A stretch of 63,977 nucleotides of DNA, filler included, from Chiloscyllium plagiosum (lineage: Eukaryota), in NCBI RefSeq assembly GCF_004010195.1. It is 6 parts of one record of this genome, joined end to end, with 100 filler letters (N's around TTAATTAATTAA, not from the genome) between each part and the next. Parts side by side here need not be neighbours in the genome. Positions count along the whole stretch, not along the records: positions 1 to 23,044 come from NC_057711.1; 5 more parts are not named here. One strand, 5' to 3'. The position numbers were made by a program, and so were the translations under genes. The notes under the pieces are model-generated. The model saw nothing but the letters and a program-made list of their open reading frames with translations, ran no database searches and was not told the DNA's origin. Below, piece after piece: positions 1-12,449 of the stretch. Each line of letters opens with the position of its first letter. Within the stretch, counting starts at the first letter, position 1.

Positions 1-1328
1 GAATTAGGCAGAAATTTAAAAAGGAGGCCCTCGAGTGTAGTAATATGTGGATTGCTCCCAGTTCTACAAGCTAGTGAGGGCAGAAATAGGAGGATAGAGC
101 AGATGAATGCATGGCTGAGGAGCTGGTGTATGGGAGAAGGATTTACATTTTTGGATCATTAGAATCTCTTTTGGGGTCGAAGTGACCTGTACAAGAAGGA
201 CAGATTGCACCTAAATTGGAAGGGGACTAATATACTGGCAGGGANNNNNNNNNNNNNNNNNAGGGCATGGTTAGGAACATGGGACTGGGATATCATAGCA
301 ATTACAGAAACATGGCTCAGGGATGGGCAGGACAGACAGCTTAATGTTCCAGGATACAAAAGCTACAGGAAGGATAGAAAGGGAGGCAAGAGAGGAGGGG
401 AAGTGGTGTTTTTGATAACGGATAGCATTACAGCTGTGCTAAGGGAGGATATTCCCGGAAATACATCCAGGGAAGTTATTTGGGTGGAACTGAGAAATAA
501 GAAAGGGATGATAACCTTGTTGGGATTGTATTATAGATCCCCTAATAGTCAGAGGGAATTTGAGAAACAAACTTGTAAGGAGATCTCAGCTATCTGTAAG
601 AATAATAGGGTGGTTATGGTAGGGGATTTTAACTTTCCAAACATCGACTGGGACTGCCATAATGTTAAGGGTTTAGATGGAGAGGAATTTGTTAAGTGTG
701 CACAAGACAATTTTCTGATTCAGTATGTGGATGTACCTACTCAAGATGGTGCAAAACTTGACCTACTCTTGGGAAATAAGGCAGGGCAGGTGTCACTGGG
801 GGAGTACTTTGGAGCCAGCGACCATAATTCTATTAGATTTTAAATAGTGATGGAAAAGAATAGACTAGATCTAAAAGTTGAAGTTCTAAATTGGAGAAAG
901 GCCAATTTTGACAGTATTAGGCAAGAACTTTCAAAAGCTGATTGGGGGCAGATTTTCGCAGGTAAAGAGATGGCTGGAAAATGGGAAACCTTCAGAAATG
1001 AGATAAAGAGAATCCAGAGAAAGTATATTCCTGTTAGGGTGAAAGGAAAGGTATAGGGAATGCTGGATGACTAAAGAAATTGTTGGTTTGGTTAAGAAAA
1101 GGAAGGAAGCATATGTAAGGTATAGACAGGATAGATCAAGTGAATGCTTAGAAGAGTATAAAGGCAGTAGGAGTATATTTAAGAGGGAAATCAGGAGAGC
1201 AAAAAGGGACATGAGATAGCTTTGGCAAATAGAATTAAGGAGAATTCAAAGAGTTTTTACAAATATATTAAGGACAAAAGAGTAACTAGGGAGAGAACAG
1301 GGCCCCTCAAAGATCAGCAAGGCGGCCT
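1..1328 (+). mobile_element. CR1 LINE fragment: end of ORF1 (esterase) and 5' part of ORF2 (APE endonuclease), disrupted
   Basis: ORF 205..843 has APE motifs IIAITETWL, YYRSPNS, MVGDFNFPNIDW and ASDHNSIRF. Downstream frames continue as CR1 ORF2 (RIKENSKSFYKYIKDK). Stops and an N gap are present. Confidence 0.9.
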
Positions 1329-1405
1329 CGGCTTCAGATTGGTTCCACAGGTCAGCGCAACATCGAGGGCCGAAGGGCCTGTACTGCACTGTAGTGTTCT
1401 ATGTT
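1329..1405 (+). mobile_element. CR1 3' tail of a different subfamily fused to the truncated CR1
   Basis: ggtcagcgcaacatcgagggccgaagggcctgtactgcactgtagtgttctatg matches the tail ending the CR1 at ~53995-54052. Confidence 0.7.
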
Positions 1406-1449
1406 ACCCCTTAACATTCTGGTAAATCTCCTTGATACTCTCTCCAAAT

Positions 1450-1575
1450 CCTGATGGGGCTTGTGCTCGGGGTGTCAGCTCTCCTGCTCTTCGGGTGCTG
1501 CCTGGCCGACTGTGCTTTTCTGACACCACACTTTTTGACTCTGTTCCCCGGCATCTGCAAGTCCTCACTTTCTCT
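1450..1575 (+). mobile_element. Penelope-like terminal repeat remnant with degenerate hammerhead core
   Basis: ctgatggggcttgtgctcgg...ctcctgctcttcgggtgctgcctg...catctgcaagtcctcactttctc is homologous to 25181-25275 and 39719-39842. Confidence 0.7.
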
Positions 1576-2032
1576 TTCTGTCTTCAACCCCTCAACATTT
1601 CCTGAAAGTGTGTTGCTCAGTAATGGAGAGGAACAGGAGGAGGCCATTGAGACCCCAACCCACCTCCACCCCTCCCTCCCCCAACTGCAGGAGACCATTC
1701 AACCTCATCTAGAGCCTGATACATAGGAACAGGAGGAGACTTTGAGATAAAGCAGGCTGCTGTGTCGCTCTGATAAGCAGGATTCTGCAGAGAAACTCCA
1801 AACTGGCACATTGTATAGAAACGTTTGCATCCACAAGCAAGGCCAGTGAGTTAATGATCTTTATAGCCTGTTTCTCTTTCTATTTTTCTCTCTATATATC
1901 CAGCTGTATTTTATTTCACTCCTGGCCTTCACTCCATTCCTGTTTTCCTCTCCTTGTCTCTCTCTTTCCTGCTTCCTCTTTTTGATGTACTGGCCTTTCT
2001 GTTTGTCTGTCTTAGACACTCTCTCTCTGTCT

Positions 2033-2374
2033 AGGATAAATAGACAAAGTCTTTCCCCTGGGGTGGGGAGTCCAGAACTAGAGGGCATAGGTATAGGGTG
2101 ATAGGGGAAAGATATAAAAGGGACCTAAGGGGCAAGTGTTTCATGCAGAGGGTGGTGCTTGTATGGGATGAGCTGCCAGAGGAAGTGATAGAAGCTGGTA
2201 CAATAACAACATTTAAAAGGCATCTGGCTGGGTACATGAATAGGAAGGGTTTAGAGGGATATGGGCCAAGTGCTGGCAAAATGGGACTAGATTAATTTAG
2301 GATATCTGGCCAGCATGTACTAGTTGGAACAAAAGGTCTGATTCCGTGTTGTACATCTCTATGACTCTATGACT
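2033..2374 (+). mobile_element. CR1 LINE 3' end
   Basis: Encodes ...GERYKRDLRG...QRVV.VW.ELPEEV...; ends in a (CTATGACT)n tail. Confidence 0.9.
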
Positions 2375-2910
2375 AAGTCCCGTGACCCTTCGTCAGAACT
2401 GCATTAATGTAACTGTACACTAGATGGAGCACTCAGATGTATTCATGAGTACAGTTTTGATAATATTGCAAGTACCAGGCAATCACAAAAGTTTATCAAA
2501 TTGATAGTTAAATAAGGTGTAAAGTTATGAAATTGGTTATTTTATCCAAACAAATCCAAATGACGTTTCTGCACATAGCAGTATCCAAAATGCAAATGCA
2601 CATCCTCATACAACATCAGTGTACCTGGATACATTGGGAAAATGGCTACTGACTGAAAAGATTGCTGTAATTTATTCACATTTGATAAATATATCTGGTA
2701 TTGTGTCCAAACACTACCAAGTTAAAATCATGTTCAGATTCAGCCTCTGCACAAGCCAATGGTTCTAAAGTCTAAAGATGAGAATGGGTAGGTACTTGAA
2801 GATGCCAGGGCAGATCCACAATAGAGGCAGATTCATACCCACATGTACCTAGACAGCTGCCTCACATCACAGAGGGTATGCTGCTGTATGGGGAGATTGC
2901 CCAGTGAAGC

Positions 2911-3197
2911 CTGGTGGAATCCCACTATGGCAGATGGTGGAATTTTAATTCAATAGATATCTGAAATTAAGAGTTTAATGATGACCACAAAACAATTGTT
3001 GATTATCGTAAAAACCCACCTGACTCACTAATGTCATTTATGGAAGGAAACTGCCATTCTTATGTAGTCTGACCTAAATGTGACTCCAGAACCACAACAA
3101 TGCAGTTGACTCTTAACTGCCCAGTGGACAATTAGGGATGGGCAATAAATGCTGGCCTATCCAGTGATGCCCTCATCACATTAATTAATAAAAAAAA
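2911..3197 (+). mobile_element. tRNA-derived SINE (second type), 5'-truncated
   Basis: Body aaaaacccacctgactcactaatgtc...gtgactccag; tail caattagggatgggcaataaatgctggcc plus A-run; homologous to 17402-17750. Confidence 0.7.
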
Positions 3198-3989
3198 CCC
3201 AGACAGAACTGGAGACCGGGGTCCTCAAACATGGCCATGAAGGGGTGACATTGTGCACTCTGAAACCTCCACCACGATGGTTGGGCTGGTCCTCCTGGCC
3301 ACCCTCACTTAGTCTTCTTCAAAGGTTCCGTGACTATTGAGATATGAGGGCCCTGGCCCCTGGATCCAATTGGAATTCCATCAGTTTTCACTGGGCAGTT
3401 TCCTCATTCAGCCGCCTGCCCTCCATGATGCAAGCAAAACACCTATAGCAGCATGAAGAGGCCACTCATTGACCATAACTGGCTCAATTAGGTTTCTAAT
3501 GGGCAGCCAATTGTCCAGAATCCCTCCAATAGCAAAACAATATGGTGATAGGAAGACACCTCATCATGCCTTGTTGCATCGTTTTGGCCACTTTCCAATT
3601 AATTGTGAAGGCACTGGTAACACTCAGTCTACACATGCGTCTGTCTAATTTTGCAATGCAGAGTGCAAAACCCTTCAGCTAAAGATCCAAAGGCCTGACG
3701 ATTAATCAGAGACAAGATGAGGAGCAAACAAGCAGAGGATGAAATAGATAGTGATAGGAATACCTGGGGTATTCCTTCAAATTCTGTAACTGTGGCTTTG
3801 CTTGAACAGTCTTTGGTCTTCGTGTTATATAAATCCCACATACAACTTTAGGATGTATATCGAGGGTTGTGATTTAGTTATGGTTCGTCGGCAATAATTT
3901 GCTCCTTGCTCTTTCAGATTCAGAAATGGCCAAGTGATGGGCTTTCAGTCTTCTTGATGTGATTTCAGTCTCTGTCAGAGCTTCAGAAC

Positions 3990-5344
3990 AATACCTCATT
4001 TGTAGCCAGGAATATACTAGCTGAGTCTAATAGTTCAATAGCTTCCCAGCCTGCCTCAAATCCCCTGCAATTTGCCTACTGTTGAAATAGGTCCACAGCG
4101 GACACTATCTCCATAACCCTACACTCATCCCTGGAACATCTGGATAACAAGGACACCGATGTCAGACTCCTACTCATTGACTACAGCTCAGCCTTCAACA
4201 CTATAATACCTTCCAAACTAATCTCAAAACTCTGAGACCTAGGTATTGGCTCCACCCTCTGCAACTGGATCCTCAGTTTCCTGATCCACAGACCACAATC
4301 TGTGAAGATGGACAATAGCACTTTCTCTACCTGCAAGGATACGTCCTCAGGCCCCTACTGTACTCTCTGTACAACCACGGCTGTGTGGCCAAATTCTGTA
4401 CAAATGTCATCTACAAGTTTGCTGATGACACCACTGTGTTAGGCTACAATCTCTCTCAGGTTAAGTGAATTAGTCCGGGGTAAATGTAAAGTAATGGGGA
4501 ATGGATTTGGTGGGGTACTCTTTGGAGGTCGGTGTGGACTTATTGGGCTGAAGGGCCTGTTTCCAAACTGTAGGGATTCTAATTCTAATTCTATGTTGGC
4601 AAAACAAAAGAACTGATCATTGATTTCAGGAAAAAAGGAGGACATACCTGTAACTACATCAATGGAACTGAGATTGAGAGGGTCAAGAGTGTCAAGCTCC
4701 TCGGAGTGAGGATAACCAACAGTCTATCCTGGACCTCCCATGTAGATGCGACAGTCAATAAGGCACAACAACGTCTCTTCTTCCTCAGATGGCTTAGGAA
4801 ATTTGACATGTCTATAAGGACACCTCATCAATGTTTACCAGTGCACTATAGAAAGCATTCTGTCTGGATGCATAATGGTCTGGTATGGCAACTGCTCTCC
4901 CCAGAGCTGTAAGAAACTAGAGAAAGTTGTGTGCACAGCCAGACCATCATGGAAGCCAACCTTCTATCCATGGACTCCATTTCCACTTCTCATTGCTGTG
5001 GAAAGGCTGCCAACATCATCAAAGACCCCTCCCACCCCGGTAATGCTCTCCTCCAAATTCTTCCATCAGGTATAAGATACAGAAGCTTGAACAGATGCAT
5101 CAACAGGTTCAAAAACAGTTTCTTCCCTGTGGTTGGACTGCTGCATGGACCTCTCTAACTTCAAATAATGCTGATCTTGCTAATGTTGATCTTGCTTTCA
5201 GCACCTCCTGTATGGCCATAACTTTGTATGCTTCGCTCTGTCTAAGCACCTGTATGTCCTTGTTTGCTATGATCTGTCTGTGTTGCTTGCAAAACAAAGT
5301 TTTTCACTCGGTACATCTGACTACAATAAATCAAATCAAATCAA
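3990..5344 (+). mobile_element. Rex1/Babar-like LINE RT fragment and 3' end, degenerate
   Basis: Translates to [46 protein letters not shown] and KAQQRLFFLR.LRKF; ends aataaa(tcaaa)n. Confidence 0.8.
4458..4592 (+). mobile_element. 3' fragment of HE1-like SINE nested in the Rex1-like LINE
   Basis: ggtcggtgtggacttattgggctgaagggcctgtttcc...(ttctaa)n tail as in the other SINE copies. Confidence 0.7.
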
Positions 5345-5409
5345 CAACACAAAATTGGAGACAGCTCACCCCTGTGACATGAGGATATTGGATATTTTTA
5401 CCTGTAACA

Positions 5410-5955
5410 TGTACTGTTAGGACAGGGCCTTTAGTATTGCGTGCAGTTCTGTTTCTCTGCCTTACAAAGAATGTACTTGCTGTAGAGGAAGTGAAATGGA
5501 GATTCACCAGATTGACTCCACTGATGATGGGACTGTCCTGTGAGGAGAGGTTAAAGAGACTGGATCAGTATTCTCTGAGTTTAGAAGAAGGAAAGGTGAA
5601 CTTAAATAAACTTACAAAATTCTTAAAGGGATAGGCAGAGAACATGCAGTAAGGATATTTCACCAAGTCGAGGGGTCTAGAACCAGGGAATGCAGTGTGA
5701 CATAAGGAAGAATGACTTTACTCAGAAGATAACAAACCTTCTGAATTCTCTAACCCAGAGTGTTGTGAAAGCTCTGTCATTAACTAAGCTCAAAGGGAGA
5801 TTTATACTCCCATATCTCTTGATGTAATTCTAGTTATTCACGCCATCAACGGATATGGGGATAGTACAGGAATGTGTTGTTGAGGCTTTGAGCCATAATT
5901 TGAATGATGGAGTAGAATTGAGGGGCTAAATAACCCACTCCAGCTCCTGAGTTCC
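5410..5955 (+). mobile_element. Old CR1 LINE 3' end
   Basis: ORF 5437 (RFTRL.P.M.GLS.EERL) is a decayed CR1 RT C-terminus followed by a 3' UTR-like tail. Confidence 0.65.
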
Positions 5956-6188
5956 AAAGAGGAAATGTACCAAGGTGCTGTAGTTATTGCATGAAAGGAT
6001 ATTAAGGAAGATATTTATCATGAGAATATAGTGTTATATCTGAATGCTCAATTCTACTAGATGTAATTTCTTGCCATTTATTTTGGCTTTCTCTAATTGA
6101 CTGTCTTGGACAGGCTTTCAAATCTGAAATGTAATACCTTTCATTATAGAGGCATATAATTTTTCTCTATCACTTTAACCAAAACCAC

Positions 6189-6226
6189 CTTCTAGATCAA
6201 AGGTGTTATGGCCTTTGATCTAGAAG
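6189..6226. repeat. Perfect 15-bp inverted repeat containing two TCF/LEF-consensus motifs
   Basis: cttctagatcaaagg-tgttatgg-cctttgatctagaag. Confidence 0.85.
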
Positions 6227-6365
6227 ACATCAAGTTAAGGAAAATTTTAATTATTTTGAAGCATTTGGGAAATCTTCTGTTTCTGAAACATTTGACAAGG
6301 TACTTTATGAGTTTGTATCACTTGTACAGGAGTCAGTTTTAATATTTGGACAAAAAGAAATACAG

Positions 6366-6960
6366 AGTCTAAAAGTGTGTGGTGGAAAAACACAGCCAGT
6401 CAGGCAGCATCCGAGGAGCAAGAGAGTTGACCTCTCAGTAATAAGGTGGAGGCCCAAGGGGGCTGAGAAATAAATAGGAGGGGGGATGGGGCTGGGGGAA
6501 AGGTAGCTGGGAATGCGACAGGTAGATGAAGGTGGGGGGGTGATGGTGATAGGGTGGAACAGATACGTGGGAAAGAAGATGGACAGGTAGGACAGTTTAA
6601 GAAGGCAATGCAAAGTTGGAGAGTTGGGTTTGGGATAAAGTGGGGGGAGGGGAGCTGAGGAAACTGGTGAAATCAACATTGATCACATGTGGTTTGAGAA
6701 TCCCAAAGGAGGAGAATGAGGCGTTCTTCCTCCAGGCGTTTGGTGGCTAGAATCTGGTGGTGGAGGAAGCCCAGGACTTGCATGCTCTTGGCGGAGTGGG
6801 AGGGAGAGTTGAAATGTCCAGTCACAGGGCAGTGGGGTTGCTAGTGTGTCCCAGAGATGTTCTCTGAAATGTTCTGCAACTTGGTGCTCTCTCTCCCCAA
6901 TGTAGAAGAGACCACATCGGGTGCAAAGGACACAGTAAATGATGTGTGTGGAGGTGTAGG
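6366..6960 (-). mobile_element. Penelope-like element (Neptune-type) 3' part with GIY-YIG remnant
   Basis: ORF 6683..6982 has IIYCVLCTRCGLFYIGE...EHFREH; the terminal repeat is at 6366-6430. Confidence 0.85.
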
Positions 6961-7157
6961 GAAATAAGAAATACAAGTCCATCTAACCTAGCAATACTTA
7001 TCTGAAAATATGGGTAACTAGAAAGAAATTAAAGTGAAGAAGCCCTTGTAGCACCCACGAACACAGAAGCTGGGAGAGCTAGAGAGATGCCCACAGTCAG
7101 CCATACTGTATGAAGCTAACATCCGTCCCATGTTACAATAACAAACAGAGGTTAGCC

Positions 7158-7919
7158 ATGATTTGGAGGAACCGGTGTTGGACTGGTGTGGAGAAAGTTA
7201 AAAATCACATACCAGGTTATAGTCCAACAGGTTTATTTAGAAGCACTTGCTTTTTAAGCATTGCTCCTTCATCAGGTGGTTGTGAAGCAGGACTATAAGG
7301 CACAGAATTTATAGCAAAAGATTACAGTGTCATGTAGCTGAAATGATACATTGAACAAACCTAGTTTAAGTCTTTCATCTTTTATAATGGATTTGCTAGT
7401 TCCAGTTCTTTAATATATAAATCCCAGAACTTCTTTGAAGTCACATTCTCAAGATAACTTAAGGTTTTGTAACAAAAGGTGCCATCTCAGCTCAGACAAT
7501 ACATTAAAGGTGTGAGGTTAAAGTCTACCTGTATCCCAATCTTGAGTCAGACTTTTGTAAATTCCACTTTAGAAATAGAACCAGTCTGACTCAAGATTGG
7601 GATATAGGTAGACTTTAACCTCACACCTTTAATGTATTGTCTGAGCTGAGATGGCACCTTTTGTTACAAAACATTAAGTTATCTTGAGAATGTGACTTCA
7701 AAGAAGTTCTGGGATTTATATATTAAAGAACTGAAACTAGCAAACCAATTCTAAAAGATGAAAGACTTAATCCAGGTTTGTTCAATACATCATTTCAGCT
7801 GCATGACACTGTAATCTTTTGCGATAAATTCTGTGTCTTATGGTCCTGCTTCACAACCACCTGATGAAGAAGCAGTGCTTAGAAAGCTAGTGATTCCAAA
7901 TAAACCTGTTGGACTATAA
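7158..7919. mobile_element. Foldback PLE-derived element: two 337-bp inverted arms, 29-nt spacer, extra tail on the left
   Basis: 7217-7553 is the reverse complement of 7583-7919 with scattered mismatches; the termini match the family at 47937-48130. Confidence 0.85.
7858..7892 (+). ncRNA. Minimal type I hammerhead ribozyme motif (family B)
   Basis: CAC-CTGATGA-AG-AAGC-AGT-GCTT-A-GAAA-GCTA-GTG: core intact, stem I CAC/GTG, palindromic AGCT helix III, mismatch at the base of stem II. Confidence 0.7.
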
Positions 7920-8085
7920 GGAGAGAAGGATCCACAAAGGAGTGTGTTGCTGCGTGCAAGATGACATAGGAAGACCCCAGTTTACATGGATGCTGCTGCC
8001 TGTGAAGACATTGACTAAGTTCTTGAAGGAAATAAGTCACAATTTTGCCAGCAGAAGGTCCGAGTTTGGAAGAACCTGGAGCTGG

Positions 8086-8330
8086 GAGAAAGTGAGGACT
8101 TCAGATACTGGAGAGTCAGAGTCAAAAATTGTGGCGCTGGAAAAGCACAGCAGGTCAGGCAGCATCCAAGAAGCAGGAGAGTCAACATTTCAGGCAAAAG
8201 CCCTTCATCAGCAATGTGGCGGGGGGAAGGGGACTGTGAGATAAATAGGGGACTGGGGGTGGGGCTGGGGGAAAGTAGGTGGATGCAGGTTAGGGTAATT
8301 GAGATTGATTGGTCGGTAGGGTGCAGAAGA
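8086..8330 (-). mobile_element. Penelope-like 3' terminal repeat with hammerhead core (family A)
   Basis: Reverse complement of 8180-8216 reads ctgatga-a-gggc-tttt-gcct-gaaat-gtt-gac. Confidence 0.8.
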
Positions 8331-8902
8331 GTAGATCAACTGGGAACTCTGTAGTATATCTTATTCTATGTTTAATTTATAGTTTATCTCAACACTGATA
8401 TTTCAGTTAAATGCTTAATTGACATTGCTTTTGGTTCATCTCAAATCAAAAATATTAAAAAGTGAAACATTGTTCGGTGTATTTCCTCATTGGGATATTA
8501 TTTGGTAAATTTTGTTCATTTGGTTTGATCTTAAATATTCCACTGGTCACTCTAGCCCTGCCAATAAATGTTGGTAGGGGGAGGAGATATGTCCTGAGTT
8601 TCCAGTCCAATCCCAATCCATTTCCTTGCTATCCACCCCATTCCTGCTATTTCCTGTAAACCAAGTGTTTCGGTGTTGGGTTGTGATAAATAGAGGGGAA
8701 AAGCCTTTTCCTCCAATTTCTCACCTTCTGAAGGCAGGACATGATGTTGAGGCCTTCAGACCACATCTTGATCAAATGTCTGAGGATGTTATATTATCTT
8801 CCATTTCTTCTGCTGCTGCAATTGTCTTGGATCTATTGGTGTTCCCCGCTTTCAGCTATGAATACCTACATGAATACCAGGAAGTTGACTCAAGTAATTC
8901 CT

Positions 8903-9233
8903 GGTGGCTTGGTGGTTAGCACTGTTGCCTCACAGCACATGGGACCCAGCTTTAATTCTAGCCTTGGGCAACTGCCTGTGTGGAGTTTGCATATTCTCCC
9001 TGTGCCTGCATGGGTTTCCTCTGGGTGCTCTGGTTTCTTCCCACAGTCCAAAGATGTGCAGGTTCGGTGGATTGGCCATGGGAAATTGTCCATAGTGTCT
9101 AGGGATGTGCAGATTAGGTGGATTAGCCATGAGGATAAGGTAGGGGGGCTGGGTTTGGATAGGAATGTCTTTGACAGGCTGGTGAAAACTAGATGGGCCA
9201 AATGGCCTCTTTCTGCACAGTAAGGATTCTGTG
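8903..9233 (+). mobile_element. HE1-like tRNA-derived V-domain SINE
   Basis: tRNA-like head (ggtggttagcactgttgcctcacagc), V domain (tgtgtggagtttgcatattctccc...gggtttcctc...cccacagtccaaagatgtgc), CR1-like tail. Confidence 0.85.
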
Positions 9234-10777
9234 CCATCCAAACCACTTGACTGTCTCCCTGACTAGTTCACACAGTCCATCTCCATTAGTGCATGACCTT
9301 TTATCAATAACTCACTTACTAGAAACATTCATAGAATCACAGAATTGTTATGGTGCAGAAGGAAGCCATGCGGCATTTATTTAATATTATTATCATGATT
9401 ATTGCATTAATTTAACTTCACATCTATGAAACCTTTTCAAAGCAGAGGTTGATTATGTCTTTCTCTTAAGTAGAGAGGAAGTAAACACATAAGGATAAAA
9501 CTAAATTAATGGAAAACAAATTGAGAAGGGCTGTGCTTTTCTTACAAGTGGTAAAGATAAATATCTATTCTATAAACTGAGAAAGCAATGTTGTTCAAAA
9601 GAATAAAATCTGGAAGTACAACTTTCATACCACTGGATAGTTTTAAATTGTAAGTTCGAGTCAGTTAGAAAACTACAGCTGCTTGTAATGTAATAAATAA
9701 TGTTAGCCTTGTTATCCCTGTGTTATGTGAATCTGAGGGTTCATATAAGTGTGAAAACTTTGCAGAAGAATATAATTATCCATTACCTCTTTTATGATTC
9801 AGCTCAAGGCCTCAAGCAACATTATGTAAAACGGCCTTAAAATTACTTTGTCGTGATTCACATAATTGTTCAAAATGACTTACTTGTCAACATTTCTATT
9901 CATCGTGCCTGGACGTTTTGCAGGAAGCATTGTTTATGATTGTACATGAATCAATAAATAATAATCAACTCTTGGTAAAACATATTTCAATGGAGTTCTT
10001 CTGCTATAGATCTCATTCATAATCCCTCTATAAATAATCAAAATCTTGATATCAAAGGAAATCTGTAGTTCATGCAATACTAACTGCTTTCTTCTGAAGT
10101 AAAGTGGTTCTGCTTAACTAACCACAAACTCCTAGTTAAAGAAATCTCAGCTTCCTGGTGGTTCCACGGCTTTCTGGAGTATAATCAGCTGTGGCTATGC
10201 ATACCTTCATGCACCCTATTCTAGAGTTAACATACATGTCATAGAGCTAATTGCAGTGGTGTTGAGCTAACTGTGGTCTCCCAGAGGTAAACCATAGTAT
10301 TACAGACCTTTCTCAGTTTCAGGAGATAACTAGAGTCGTGGATGAACTGCAGTTGGAACAAACCACAGTCTTGTGGAGTTAATCACAGTCCCCTCGAACA
10401 AACTAAAGGCAATTGAAGTTAATCTGCTGCAACAAACCACAGTGCCCTGAAGGCAGCTACAGAACCTGGAGATATGAAAAAAATGGAAAGGAATTCCTGA
10501 TATTTGTATCTTTAATACACTACTCATCTGAATACCAGCTTTTAGCCTCAACCAGGAGCAATATTATTAGCATATTGCTAGCATATTAATGGGCATGTTG
10601 AATAATGTTAACCTAGTAGATGTGACAAGCGAGCTGGTCTAATAGTACTTTCATAGCCTTCCTCTAAGTTTTCTTTTCATATTGCATTCCCTGTACATTT
10701 TTTTTATTCAGAAATTTGTTGTCAAGAGCATTTCCAATAAAATATGTAAACAGTAAATTTAGGACATAACAAATCAC

Positions 10778-11218
10778 ACGTTGCCTGGGTTGGAGGATTT
10801 GAGCAACAGGGAGAGGCTGAGTAGGCTGGGGCTGTTTTCCCTGGAGTGTCAGAGGATGAGGGGTGACCTTATAGAGGTTTATAAAATCATGAGGGGCATG
10901 GTTAGGGTAAATAGACAAAGTCTTTTCCCTGAGGTGGGGAAGTCTAGAACTAGAGGGTGAGAGGGTGAGAGGGAAAAATTTAAAAGGGACCTAAGGGGCA
11001 ATTTTTTCATGCAGAGGGTGGTGTGGGTGTGTGAAATGAGCTGCCAGAGGAAGTGGTGGAGGCTGGTACAATTGCAATATATGAATAGGAAGGGTTTCAA
11101 GGGATATGGGCCAAGTGCTGGCAAATGGGACTAGATTAGGTTGGAATATCTGGTCACCATGGATGAGTTGGACTGAAGGGTCTGTTTCCATCCTGTACAT
11201 CTCTATAACTCTATGACT
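10778..11218 (+). mobile_element. CR1 LINE 3' end
   Basis: Homologous to 2033-2374 and 60669-61400; ctctataactctatgact tail. Confidence 0.9.
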
Positions 11219-11229
11219 GTAAGTGATGA

Positions 11230-11685
11230 TTGGTTTACATTACTGACAGCAACATGTATGCATATTAGATTGTTAATGAAACAAAATGTTCTAAGCTTCA
11301 TCACAGGAGAATTGTAAAGCAAAATTTGATGCTGAGCAACATAAGGCGACATTAGGTTAAGTGGCTGTTGGCAAATGAGATAAGTATTAAAGAGCACCCT
11401 ACAAGGGGAAAGTAAGATGGAGAAGTTAAGCTTAAGAATCCTAGAGTTTCGAGCTTGGTTAGCTGAAGGCATGCCTATCAATTATTGAGAGGTTAAAATA
11501 AAGGAGGTTGAAAAGACAAGAGAAACACAGATATCTTGGATAGTGTGACGGTGAAAGAGATTATACAGTTGTGAAAGGGAGAGGACATGGAGGGATCTAA
11601 AAGCAAGAATGTGAATTTTAAAACTGAAGCATTGCTTAAAAGGGGTAGTCAGTTTAGTTCAGTGAGCACAGAGATGATGGGACAT
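11230..11685 (-). mobile_element. Old L2-like LINE 3' fragment
   Basis: Reverse strand resembles a decayed L2 C-terminus (gatctaaaagcaagaatgtgaattttaaaactgaagcattgc on +); recognised by eye only. Confidence 0.45.
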
Positions 11686-11689
11686 GTTT

Positions 11690-11885
11690 TTACTCTTTCC
11701 TGCAATGTTGGCATCCCACAAAGGTCGCATTTGTTAGCCATTCCTAATTGTCCTTGAGAAAATGGTGGTGAGATAACTTCTTGAAACACAGGAGTCCATC
11801 TGTGTTGCCATACACACAATGACATTAGGGAGAGAATTCCAGATTTTGACCAAATGACAGTGAAGGAAAGCTGATATAGTTCTAA
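11690..11885 (-). mobile_element. LINE 3' end sharing its tail with the second SINE type
   Basis: gcatttgttagccattcctaattgtccttgag is the reverse complement of the caattagggatgggcaataaatgc tail. Confidence 0.6.
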
Positions 11886-12090
11886 ATCATAAGACATAGG
11901 AGCAAAAAAATGCTATTCAGTCCAACGAGATCATGACTGATCTGAGAATCCTCTCCTCTATTTTCCTGCCTTTTCCCAATCACCCTTGATTCCCTCACTG
12001 ATGAAAAATCTATTTATCTCACCCTTGAATGTACTTGATGACCCAGCCTTGATACCCCTCTGCAGTAAGCAATTCCATAGATTCACCACC
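11885..12090 (-). mobile_element. CR1 3' end
   Basis: cataagacataggagc...catgactgatc...cccttgattccc...aatctatttatctc resembles 41067-41300. Confidence 0.7.
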
Positions 12091-12449
12091 TGGCAGATTC
12101 TGGCAGATGCCTATGGTTGTGTATTTTGGCAGTTCTAGGAATAATGTTGGTCACACAGAAATCTACAAGAAAATTGAAAGAATAGAAAATCTGCAGATGG
12201 AAGAAGTACTTGTATTAAAGAGCAGACAAAAGTGCTGTAAAAAACGTAACATGCTCCCATAATAATAAGGCTAGGCATAACAAATGCAACTGCTGGAAAT
12301 TAAATGGAAGACTGAATCCAATGATGGGAATGTTTAATAAGTCTTTAAGGATGTGGTATCAGAAAAGGAAATAGGTATTCAAACTATAGCAATAGTACAA
12401 TGACAACATGTTTCCTTGGAATGTACTAAGAAGGGAGAGGTGGCTCTGG

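Noticed and set aside
8741..9246. 160-aa and overlapping ORFs as host genes
   Set aside because: They are translations of an HE1-like SINE; similar peptides recur at each SINE copy
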